DNA of 29,546 nt, taken from positions 1 to 29,546 of the forward strand of contig DATLNY010000127.1 of assembly GCA_035536495.1 (NCBI GenBank), in the 5' to 3' direction. Each line of letters starts with the position of its first letter. Positions within the stretch are counted from its first letter, which is position 1. Source of the DNA: Candidatus Saccharimonadia bacterium (GTDB lineage Bacteria > Pseudomonadota > Gammaproteobacteria > Xanthomonadales > Ahniellaceae). The position numbers and the translations under genes were made by a program. The notes below the pieces were generated by a model. It ran no database searches. It was not told where the DNA came from and saw only the letters and a program-made list of their open reading frames with translations. Shown piece by piece: positions 16,762 through 27,799 of this stretch.

Positions 16762-17070
16762 ATGGGGCGCCCACAGATGATCTCGATCGACACCGACGGC
16801 TTTGATGAAGGACGCATCGCGTCCTGCCTCGAGGCGAACATGATGCGTCTGATGCGCGGCCGGCGGCCGTGGGGCACGATCTGCCCGACCGAGGCCGCGC
16901 GCTGGGCCGGGGCCGAGCTCGGGCTCGATTGGCGCGCGCTGCTGCAGCCGGCGCGCGAGCTCGCCGTGGAGCTCGCCGAGCGCGGTGTCATCGAGATGCT
17001 GCAGCGTGGCCACACGGTCGATGCGCGCCACGTGCAAGGGCCGGTGCGCGTTCGCCTCAGGACCCGCTGA
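16762..17070 (+). CDS. DUF3253-like winged-helix small protein
   Basis: TICPTEAAR...DWRALLQPARELA..L...G.IEMLQRG..VD...GPVRVRL. Start is uncertain (16714, 16762 or 16777). Confidence 0.78.
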   Translation: MGRPQMISIDTDGFDEGRIASCLEANMMRLMRGRRPWGTICPTEAARWAGAELGLDWRALLQPARELAVELAERGVIEMLQRGHTVDARHVQGPVRVRLRTR

Positions 17071-17079
17071 CGCTCTTCT

Positions 17080-17115
17080 CCCCTCTCCCCCCGGGAGAGG
17101 GGCCGGGGGGTGAAG
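17080..17115. repeat. CCCTCTCCC...GGGAGAGGG-family intergenic palindromic repeat
   Basis: Minus strand reads CCTTCACCCCccggCCCCTCTCCCggggGGAGAGGGG, a recognisable intergenic repeat type. Confidence 0.65.
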
Positions 17116-17187
17116 GTCCGGGGGAAAATCCGATCGTCCGGTAAACTCGCGGTTTTTCCGCGCGCAAGCTGCGCGCCGCGAGTGCCG

Positions 17188-18909
<1,722 letters not shown>

Positions 18910-18920
18910 CGGCAATCCCC

Positions 18921-18944
18921 TGTAGGAGGGGCCTCAGCCCCGAC
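18921..18944 (+). repeat. GTAG-family REP
   Basis: tGTAGgaggggcctcagccccgac: GTAG tetranucleotide followed by a short imperfect palindrome (ggggc..gcccc), just after the glnS stop. Confidence 0.65.
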
Positions 18945-19081
18945 GCTCTCCAGTAAAAAGCGCACGCGCTCGCATCTCGCTGAACGGCCCCATCAGCCGC
19001 GCGAAGCGCCGCGGCGCCAAGGTCGCGTGCGTTCATCGCCGCGAGCGTAGTCTGGCAACCGATCCCTGCGGGAGGCACCGC

Positions 19082-19495
19082 ATGAAATATCCATCGCTAT
19101 TTTTCGCCGCGCTGTTCGTGCTCGGCTGCTCCGCAAATTCGCCGTCCCCCGACGCGGGCGATACACCAGCCGGCGCGATGCCCGTCTCCGAAACGCGTGC
19201 GGACACGCTCCTCGCGGATGCGAACCGTCGTGCCCCGGTGGAGGCTCGCGCACCTGCATCTGCCAAAGCCGAGGTCGACACCCGGTGCTCCCGCGACTCC
19301 GACTGCGCCGTCAAGAACGTCGGCAACTGTTGCGGCTATTTTCCCGCGTGCGTCAACAAGGACAGCCCGACGTTTCCCGAGCAGGTCAAGCTGCAGTGCG
19401 AGAAGGAAGGCACGATGGGCATCTGCGGCTTCCGCGAGATTGCCGGGTGCATGTGCGTCGAGGGACGCTGCGCCGCGAGCGACGGAGTCCAGTAA
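19082..19495 (+). CDS. Cysteine-rich lipoprotein of unknown function
   Basis: Lipobox LGC, Pro/Ala linker, then a C-terminal domain with 10 Cys; GGAGG RBS. Confidence 0.82.
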   Translation: MKYPSLFFAALFVLGCSANSPSPDAGDTPAGAMPVSETRADTLLADANRRAPVEARAPASAKAEVDTRCSRDSDCAVKNVGNCCGYFPACVNKDSPTFPEQVKLQCEKEGTMGICGFREIAGCMCVEGRCAASDGVQ

Positions 19496-19558
19496 CGCGT
19501 CGACCGCGCGTCGACGCACGTCGAGCCGTGGAACGCGCCGCTGCGGTAAATTGGCGGG

Positions 19559-20119
19559 ATGCTTTACGCCCAGCTGCACCTCACCCTGCCCCCCTGGGTC
19601 CACCAGGCGATCGACCCGACGGCGTTGTTCGCCGGCGATGAGGCGAAGCTCGCCCTCGCGATCGAGCTGTCGCGGCTCAACGTCGATCGGCGCACCGGCG
19701 GGCCGTTCGGCGCGGCGGTGTTCAACACCGAGGGCAGGCTCGTCAGCGTCGGCGTCAATCGCGTGGTGCCGCAGAACTGCTCGCTCGCGCACGCCGAGAC
19801 CATGGCGTACATGCTCGCGCAGCAGCGCCTGCAGCGCTCGCGCCTCAACGAGGACGGCTACCGCTACACGCTCGCGACGAGCGCGCAGCCGTGCTGCCAG
19901 TGCTACGGCGCGACGTTCTGGGCCGGCATCGACGAGCTCCTGATCGGCGCGAGCGCCGACGACGTGCACGAGCTGACCGAGTTCGACGAGGGCCCGCTGC
20001 CGGCGGACTGGGTCGGCGAGCTCGAGCGCCGCGGTATCGCCGTGCGGCGCGACATCCTGCGCGAGCAGGCGCGTGCGGTGCTGGCGATGTATCGCGATAC
20101 GGGTGGCGCGGCGTACTGA
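19559..20119 (+). CDS. Zn-dependent nucleoside/nucleotide deaminase (guanine-deaminase-like)
   Basis: GGPFGAAVF, AHAET (HxE) and QPCCQCYGA (PCxxC) motifs. Confidence 0.9.
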   Translation: MLYAQLHLTLPPWVHQAIDPTALFAGDEAKLALAIELSRLNVDRRTGGPFGAAVFNTEGRLVSVGVNRVVPQNCSLAHAETMAYMLAQQRLQRSRLNEDGYRYTLATSAQPCCQCYGATFWAGIDELLIGASADDVHELTEFDEGPLPADWVGELERRGIAVRRDILREQARAVLAMYRDTGGAAY

Positions 20120-20173
20120 TTCGCGCGGATTCGCGTTCGCCAGCCCACTCACGGCTGCGTCAGGATTGTGAGT

Positions 20174-20752
20174 TCAACTCGGTCCCTTGGCGATCCGGCC
20201 GACGATGCGGTCGAGCTCCGTCAGGAGATCGGAGCGGTCGAGAGCCTGTTCGAAGATCACAAGCAGATCCCGCACTTCGGCCAAGTCGACACCGCGCCTG
20301 CGGCGCAATACCGACTCGACGTCCTCCAGATCCCGTGGCCGTCCCGCGAGCATCTTCGAAGCGACCAGGTCTTCCGGGGATATGACCGGGACGTTCGTCC
20401 CGTCGAGATCGATCAGGTGTGCCCGCGCGAGAAACTCCTCCTCGATCCCCGCGCCGGCGAGCACTAGATCGACCGGAATCGCCGTGGGTCGGTGAACGAG
20501 CAGCAGGACGCGGGTTCGCGCGGCGAATTCGAGCGGCTCTTCGATTCGGGGATGAAAGCGCTCCATTTCGAGACGATGAAGCAGCCGCTCACGCTCGTGC
20601 TCGGGGATCGCGACCGAAGCATCCACATCGAGTGTCGCGCGGGTCGAGCCGTAGATCACCGCGGCTTGCGCGCCGATCAGGCACCAGCGCACGCCTTCCA
20701 GCGCGCGGCCAAGGTCAGCGACGAGACTGCTGACGCCGCTCGGCGATGGCAT
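20174..20752 (-). CDS. DNA polymerase beta-fold nucleotidyltransferase (DUF6036/AbiEii-like)
   Basis: LIGAQAAVIYGSTRATLDVD (G-x-x-A...R-x-T-x-D-x-D), PVDLV, and VISPEDLVASKMLAGRPRDLEDV. Start at ATG 20752 inside the 550-aa ORF. Confidence 0.82.
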   Translation of the reverse strand: MPSPSGVSSLVADLGRALEGVRWCLIGAQAAVIYGSTRATLDVDASVAIPEHERERLLHRLEMERFHPRIEEPLEFAARTRVLLLVHRPTAIPVDLVLAGAGIEEEFLARAHLIDLDGTNVPVISPEDLVASKMLAGRPRDLEDVESVLRRRRGVDLAEVRDLLVIFEQALDRSDLLTELDRIVGRIAKGPS

Positions 20753-20978
20753 CGAAGCTGCGAACGTGTGCGAGGTGGTGGGCGAGATCGTCCGCGCGAG
20801 ACGCCGACGACCCGCGACGCTCGCGGATGAATCGTGCGACAGCGTCGTTGATGGCAAGCAGCTGCGACGCGGTCGCGCGACGAAAACGCTCGTCGTCGGC
20901 AGCCTCGCTGGCGCGGGCGACCGCTTGCCACGGGCGCCCCGCGAATTCACGGATGGAATCGAGCAGGGATGCGGACAC
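20715..20978 (-). CDS. Small helical protein overlapping the nucleotidyltransferase (antitoxin-like partner)
   Basis: 87 aa, GTG start preceded by an extended -10; overlaps the NTase start by 38 nt; motifs FAGRPWQAV and RADDLAHH. Confidence 0.62.
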   Translation of the reverse strand: MSASLLDSIREFAGRPWQAVARASEAADDERFRRATASQLLAINDAVARFIRERRGSSASRADDLAHHLAHVRSFDAIAERRQQSRR

Positions 20979-20984
20979 CGTTTC

Positions 20985-20993
20985 ATTCTAGCA
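20985..20993 (-). promoter_or_regulatory. Extended -10 promoter (TGcTAGAAT), probably giving a leaderless mRNA
   Basis: Minus strand reads TGC-TAGAAT-gaaacg-GTG: 6 nt between the -10 hexamer and the start codon, and no RBS. Confidence 0.55.
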
Positions 20994-21082
20994 GTCATGC
21001 GTTCCCACCGAGCCCGTCGCCGAGACGGAAATCCGGTCTCTTTGCGGCCATGACGTCGCACTGCGACACGGTACGATCGGCG

Positions 21083-22114
21083 ATGCCCCCGATGCCTCAT
21101 CGAACGTTGAGTTATTGCCGCACCGGATTCGAACCCGAGTGCGCGCAGGAGCTCCAGGCACACGCCTCCGATGCAGGCGTCGCGGGCTTTGCGCGCACCG
21201 CGAGGGAAAGCGGCTACGTCCGCTTCGAAACAGACGTCGTGTTCGCACCGCCGACCTCGGCGTTGATTTTTTCCCGCCAATCCCTGGTCGAGATTGCGCA
21301 ATTCTCCGCGCTCGATCCTCGCGACCGGCTCGGTCCGGTTCTGGCCGCCCTTCCACCGGGCGCCTGGAGCGATGCCTGGGTCGAGTTGCCCGACACTTCG
21401 GGATCGGAGCCACTGACGCCACTGGCGCGGGCATTGGAGGCCGCGCTGGTGGGCGCCTTGCGCAAGCGCGCATTGCTCGATCCGTCGAGCAAGCGCCGCT
21501 TGCACCTCTACCTGCTTTCTGCCACGGACCTGCTCGTAGCGCAGGCTGACGTGGCGACGACATCGCCGTGGCGCAGCGGCATCCCGCGGCTGAGGTTCCC
21601 GCGCGAAGCACCGAGCCGGTCGACCCTGAAACTCGAGGAGGCTTTCCTGGTCCTGCTCAGCGACGCCGAACGCGAAGCCTGGCTCGCGCCGGGAATGACC
21701 GCGGTCGACCTCGGCGCGTCTCCCGGCGGCTGGACGTACCAGCTCGTGCGCCGCTCGATTCGCGTGACGGCAGTCGACAACGGCCCGATGGACGAGCGCC
21801 TGATGCAATCGGGACTGGTCGAGCACCGACGCGAGGACGGCTTCCGGTTCCGGCCGAAGAAGCCGGTGGACTGGCTCGTGTGCGACATGGTCGAGCAGCC
21901 GATTCGGGTTGCCGGGCTTGTCGCGGGCTGGCTGCGTGACGGCGTGTGCCGATATGCGATGTTCAACCTCAAACTGCCCATGAAAAAGCGCTTCCTCGAG
22001 GTGCAGCGTTGCCTCGAAACGCTAGGTGAGGGCGCGCAGGAGCCGCTCGATGCTCGTGCAAAGCAGCTCTACCACGATCGCGAGGAGATCACGGTGTTCG
22101 TCAGGCGGCACTGA
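21083..22114 (+). CDS. rlmM: 23S rRNA (cytidine2498-2'-O)-methyltransferase RlmM
   Basis: YCRTGFEPECAQE, GIPRLRFPREAPSRSTLKLEEAF, AVDLGASPGGWT, VDNGPM, WLVCDMVEQP, FNLKLPMKKR, QLYHDREEITV. Confidence 0.95.
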   Translation: MPPMPHRTLSYCRTGFEPECAQELQAHASDAGVAGFARTARESGYVRFETDVVFAPPTSALIFSRQSLVEIAQFSALDPRDRLGPVLAALPPGAWSDAWVELPDTSGSEPLTPLARALEAALVGALRKRALLDPSSKRRLHLYLLSATDLLVAQADVATTSPWRSGIPRLRFPREAPSRSTLKLEEAFLVLLSDAEREAWLAPGMTAVDLGASPGGWTYQLVRRSIRVTAVDNGPMDERLMQSGLVEHRREDGFRFRPKKPVDWLVCDMVEQPIRVAGLVAGWLRDGVCRYAMFNLKLPMKKRFLEVQRCLETLGEGAQEPLDARAKQLYHDREEITVFVRRH

Positions 22115-22385
22115 GAATCCGCCGGCGCATCGGCGTGATCGAGGGGCGGCAGCCGACGGCCCCGGTCGACGTGGAGGACGGGCGCGTCGCACCGCGTCGA
22201 TGCCGCGCGGGCGCAAGATCCCACGCGCCTCCAGTGGAAATCGCGAGCGGGCTCGACCATTAGCGGGGGCCGGCCATCGGACAACCGTTTGTAAACGCCT
22301 GTTGAAGCTAGAAATGCTGCTTGCGAAATTGCGGCACGAAATCGCGATGCCTGCCGCGGCGCGACATGTTCGCGACTCTCAAGGC

Positions 22386-22394
22386 TGATAGTCT
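22386..22394 (+). promoter_or_regulatory. Putative extended -10 promoter of the nuclease gene
   Basis: TGA-TAGTCT, 38 nt upstream of ATG 22433, with a GGGGA RBS-like sequence before the start. Confidence 0.4.
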
Positions 22395-22432
22395 CCGCGG
22401 GGCGCAGTCATTCGCTTTCCTGGGGATACCAA

Positions 22433-25400
22433 ATGTCAGTCCGTATCAACCGACTCGCCGCGGTCTGCGCGGCGATCACTGCTTTTTCTGCTTGGAACAA
22501 TGCCGCTGCGTTCACGGCCGGCAACCTGGTCGTGTTTCGGGCCGGCAACGGCGGATCCGCGTTGACGAGCGCCGCGACGCCGTTGTTCATCGACGAATAC
22601 ACGACCGCAGGCACGCTCGTTTCAACTGTCGCGCTGCCGACGGTGGGGTCCGGCTCGAATCGCCGCTGCACTGGCGCCGGCAGCTCGACGGCCGAGGGCC
22701 TCATCAGCCGGAGCGACGATGGGCGGTACCTGGTCGGCGGATGCTATGACGCTGGGGTGGGGACGCTCGCAGTCTCAGGCACCACAGGCGTAGCAGTGAA
22801 TCGTGTGGCGTTCCGCATCGACGCAGCGGGCATCGTGGATACGACCACGGCAACCCAGGATTTCAGCGCGGGCAACATCCGCTCTGCCGCAAGCACGAAC
22901 GGGACTGATCTTTGGCTCGCCGGGAGCAACAGCGGCGTACGCTACGCGACGCTCGGCGCCTCGACGAGTACATCGATTGCCACCACGGCACCGGGCCCAA
23001 CGACGCTCACGAACCTTCGCCAGCTGGCGGTGTTCGGTGGCCAGCTTTATGTTTCGACGCAGTCGGGTACGGCGGTGCGCGTCGGTACCGTCGGCATCGG
23101 CACACCAACCTCGGGGCCCCAGACGATCGCGCCCCTCCCGGGCGTTCCGACGTCGGGCGGCAATCCATTTCAGTACGTACTTCTCGATCGCGACGCGACT
23201 GTCGCGGGAGTCGACACGCTGTACGTCGCCGACGAGACGGCGGCGACCGGCGGCGTGCTCAAGTACTCCTTCGACGGAGCGAACTGGACCGCGCGCGGCA
23301 ACATCGCGTCGTCGACGCTCCGTGGCCTTACCGGATCGGTGGTTGGCGGAAATGCCGTGCTCTTCGGCACGACTACGGCCACTTCGGCGAACCAAATCGT
23401 CACCCTGACCGATACGGCGGCGTTCAACGCACCCATCTCGGGCACTCCCGTGTCCATCGCCACAGCGGGCTCGGACACCGCGTTTCGTAGCATCGTATTC
23501 GCACCGATCGCGCCTCCGCCCGCCGACTCCGCGCCCACCGTCACGGCCACCGTGCCCGGCAACGGCGCCATCAATGTCGACACGAGCAGCGACCTCCAGG
23601 TCACCTTCAGCGAGCCGGTGGTCGCCAATGCGACGTCCTTCACGATCGCCTGCGCGGTGACGGGCGCCCACAACGTCACCGTCACCGGCGGACCGACCGT
23701 GTTCGATCTGCGCTTGACGACGCCGCTCGGCAGCGATGAGCTGTGCGACGTGACCGTCGTCGCTGCCAACGTGACGGACGTCGACACCAATGATCCGCCC
23801 AATGCGATGGCGGGCAATTTTCCGTTCAGCTTCCGGACCGAAACGGTCCCGACGATGACGATCGCGGACAACTCGATCGTCGAAGGCAACGGCGGTACTT
23901 CGGTGCTGAACTTCGTCGTCACCACGACGGGCACGGCGACCCAGGACATTACTTTCCTCGCGAGCACCCAGGACATCACCGCGAGCGAAGTCGACGACTA
24001 CGACGGCATCACGAACGTCCCGTTCACGATTCCGGCAGCGAGTGTGCCGGGAGCGATCAACATTCCGATCACGATCAACGGGGACACGGCCGTCGAAGGC
24101 GACGAGACCTTCCAGGTCTTCCTGACGCAGGTCACGAACGCGCAGATCACCGATCTCAATGCGAACGGCACGATCACGAACGATGACGTCGCTGCCACTC
24201 CGACCGTCACGATCACCAGCCCGAGCATCATCGAGGGCAACGCCGGGCCGAGCCAGCTCGTGTTCGACGTGGCGGTACAGCCGACCTCGGGCACGGACAT
24301 CACGTTCTCCGTCAATACGGTCGACGGAATTGCGACGGATGCGGACAACGACTACGAGCCGATCGCGGCCGGCACCGGCACGATCGCTGCGAACGCACCG
24401 TCGACGACTGTTTCGGTGCCGATCAACGGCGACACGACCTTCGAGCCGAATGAAACGTTCGTGGTGCGCCTCGGCAACATCAGCGCGAACGCCGTGTTCC
24501 CCGGCGGTGCAGCCACGCTCGACGGTACCGGGACGATCACCAACGACGACGCAGCGCCGATCAACGTCAGCATCAACGACCCGTCGGTCACGGAAGGCGA
24601 TTCCGGCACGTCGACGCTTGCGTTCGTCGTAACGCTCTCGGCGCCGGCACCATCAGGCGGGGTCAGCTTCGACATCGCGACCGCGCCCGGCACGGCCACG
24701 ACCGGAACCGACTACGTTGCGCAGACGCTGACCACGCAGACGATCGCGCAGGGCGAGACTTTGTACGCGTTCAACGTCACGGTCAACGGCGATATCGAGA
24801 GCGAGGCCGCCGAAACGGTACTGGGCAACGTGTCCAACGTGAGCGGCCACTCCGGCGGGACGGTAGATACGCAAGGTACCGGCACGATCAACGACAACGA
24901 CGTTGCGGCGGCTATCGCCGAGATCCAGGGCGACGGCATCGCGTCGCCTCTCAACGGTGCGACGCGCACCACTACGGGCGTGGTGACGGCGGTCGTGTCG
25001 AACGGCTTCATCATGCAGAGCGAAACACCGGACGCCGACGTGGATACGTCCGAGGGCCTGTTCGTCTTCACCGGCGGCGCACCGCAAGTGACTGGCGGCG
25101 GCGCGCTGGCCGCGGGCGACCGCATCACGATCAAGGGCCGCATCATCGAGTTCGGCACGGCGGGTACGAATACGGTCACCGAAATCACGAACTCGAGCCC
25201 GACGCCGGTCATCGTGCGCTCGGCCCAGGGCGTGGCGCTGCCGACGGCCGTCGCGCTCGACGCCGTCGTGCCTTCGCCCGACCTCGATGCCGGCGTGCCC
25301 TGCAACGTCACCGGCGCGACCGGTTCGCAGCGGTACCAGGCCAATTTCGAATGCTTCGAGCATATGCGCGTCAGCGTCGCGGACGGCGTCGTCTCCGCTC

Positions 25401-27707
25401 CGAACCAAACCTTCGGCAGCGATCCGCAAGCCGAGATGTGGATGGCCGCCAGCGGGCCGCGACCTGCTCGCGAGACCGGCATCCGCTTCGACATCTACTC
25501 CGAACCAGGCCTCCCGGCCGGCCTTCCGCGCTGGGACGGCAATCCGCAGATCTTCGAGCTGGACGCCGACCGGCTCAGCGCGACGATCCCGAACGTCATC
25601 GTTCCGGGCAGCCGCTTCAGCGTCCCGAGCGGCATCCTGTCGGCCGAGTTCGGCGATTACGAGTTGTGGCCGGACACGCTGACGGTCACGGCAGCGGCCG
25701 CGGCGCTGCCCCGTCCGGTGTTGGCGGCGACAGCGACGCAGGTCGCCATAGGGTCGATCAACGTCGAGAACTTCTTCGACACGATTCAGATCGCGAGCGA
25801 CGGCACGGACGACGACATCACGCCGGCGGAATTCGCCGACAAGATGGACGAGTTCGTGGCCTACGTCTGCGACGTCATGCGCGCTCCCCACGTCGTCGGC
25901 CTTGTCGAAGTCGAGAACATGACCGTGCTCGACGCGATGGCGGCGGCGCTCAACGCCCGCGCGAACTGCCTGCCGAGCGGCGTCACGTACCGGTCGCGCT
26001 TCGGTGCGGCTGGGAACGGCCTTGTCGACGGCAACGATCCGCGCTACATCGACGTCGCTTTCATCGCGCGCTCCGACGTCAATGTCACTGCGATCACGCA
26101 GCTCGACGACGCACAGACGACCACGCAGTGCAGCGGCACCCCGCCCTGCGTGCTGCACGACCGTCCGCCGCTGCTGCTCGAGGGTACGTCGACGGCCGCG
26201 GGCGAGCCGCCCGTGGACTTCGCCGTCATGGTCAACCACCTGCGTTCGCTCAATGGCATCGACGACCAGTCCGACTTGACCGACGCGAACCGAATCCGCC
26301 GGAAGCGCCTCGATCAGGCGGTCAACGTCGCGCAGGAGGTCGTCACGTTCCAGGCGGCGAATCCCGGCGTCCCGCTGGTGCTGATCGGCGACTACAACGC
26401 ATTCGAGTTCACGGACGGCTACGCGGACGTGATGGGCGCGATCACTGGTACAGCGAACACGGCGACGGACGCGCTGCCTCGCGACAGCCAGTACGAGATA
26501 CAGGATCTCTATCCGGCGATCGTCGGGAATGTCGTGTCGCCGCCGATGACGAACCTGTCAGCTCTGGTCAATGCGCAAGACCGCTACTCCTACCTGTTCG
26601 ACGGATACGTCCAGGTGCTCGACCACGCGCTCGTCAACGCCGCCGCGCTTTCGCGCACATCCGGATTCGGTTACACGCGCGGCAACGCCGACGCACCGGA
26701 AGCGTTCGACGCCGATCCCGGTCCTGCGGTGGCCCGCGACTTCCGCCTGACGGATCACGATGGGTTCGTCGTGCTGCTCGAAGTGGGCGGTACGCCCGAC
26801 ATCAGCGACCTTGCCAATCAGTTCACCAGCGAGGACGTCGCCACCGCGCCGATACCATTCACCGTGACTGACGTCGAGACTGACCCGGCGGACCTGGTCG
26901 TGACGGCAAGCTCGTCGAACCAGGGCGTCGTCGCGGCCTCGGGCATCGCACTCGGCGGTAGCGGCAGTGACCGGACGATCCAGTTGACGCCTGTCGCGAA
27001 TGCGTCGGGCACGACGACGATCACGCTAACCGTCACCGATGGGGACGGCAACACGGCAAGCGACACCTTTGTGCTGACCGTGAGTCCGGTCAACGACGGC
27101 CCGACGATCTCCGCGGTCGCCGACCGCACGATCGACGAGGACACCACGACCGGCGCGATCCCGTTCACGATCTCGGACGCCGACCATCCGCTGACCTGCA
27201 ACGACGTCCAGTTCAGCTCGAGCAACGACCTCGTCGCGCCCGAAGCGAACATCGTCATCGGCGGCGGCACCGGCACGAGCTGCACCGTGACGGTCACGCC
27301 ACTGCCGAATGCGACCGGCAGCACCGTGATCGAGCTCAGCATCTCCGACGGCGCGGGTGGATTCGCGGCCGAGGCGTTCACGCTGACGGTCGATTCGGGC
27401 GCGGGCGGCAACGACGCGCCGACGATCACGGGCCCCGGCAACCAGACGCTCGCGCTCAACGGCACGACCGGCCCGCTGCCGGTCACGATCGGCGACGTCG
27501 TCGAACACGAACTTCGTGCCGAACGCGAACGTCGTGCTCGGTGGCAGCGGCGCGAACCGCACCGTCACCGTCACCCCCGCAGCAGGTCGCTCGGGTACGA
27601 CGACGATCACGCTGTCGGTCACCGACGGTGACGGCGGCAGCGCGGTCACGACGTTCACGGTGACGGTTGCCGGCGACCTGATCTTCTCGAACGGCTTCGA
27701 AGACTGA
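22433..27707 (+). CDS. Multidomain extracellular ExeM/NucH-type endonuclease (signal peptide, N-terminal beta-rich domain, Ig-like, 3x Calx-beta, OB-fold, EEP nuclease, 3x cadherin/Ig-like, IFxxGFE tail); frameshifted near 27500
   Basis: Signal peptide; Calx-beta signatures (SIVEGNGGT..TITNDD, three copies); IAEIQG..SPL..GVVTA OB fold; EEP motifs SINVENFFD, GLVEVEN, VNHLRS, LIGDYNAF, LDHALV, TDHDG. The natural C-terminus continues in the frame of ORF 27516..27707. Confidence 0.88.
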
Positions 27708-27731
27708 GGCCCGGGCTGATCCGCTAGTCTT

Positions 27732-27761
27732 ACGGCCCGCTTCGGCGGGCCGTTTTCTTTT
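27732..27761 (+). terminator. Rho-independent terminator
   Basis: acggcccgc-TTCG-gcgggccgt stem with a cUUCGg tetraloop followed by tttctttt, 25 nt after the stop at 27707. Confidence 0.85.
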
Positions 27762-27799
27762 GGGCCGCGCGGATTCGACCCGGCGGGAGGGTGCGAACG

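Noticed and set aside
20120-21082. Integron cassette or IS boundaries around the TA-like pair
   Set aside because: No attC core sites (RYYYAAC/GTTRRRY), terminal inverted repeats or target duplication could be identified; only short hairpins (e.g. gtcgca-c-tgcgac near 21056).
20174-21826. 550-aa minus-strand ORF as one large protein
   Set aside because: The upstream part is antisense to rlmM and overlaps the small partner gene; only residues from ATG 20752 carry NTase motifs.
27501-27631. Charged C-terminal tail of the 1732-aa ORF as a genuine domain
   Set aside because: Off-frame product of the frameshift; the alternative frame completes the repeat and ends before a terminator.
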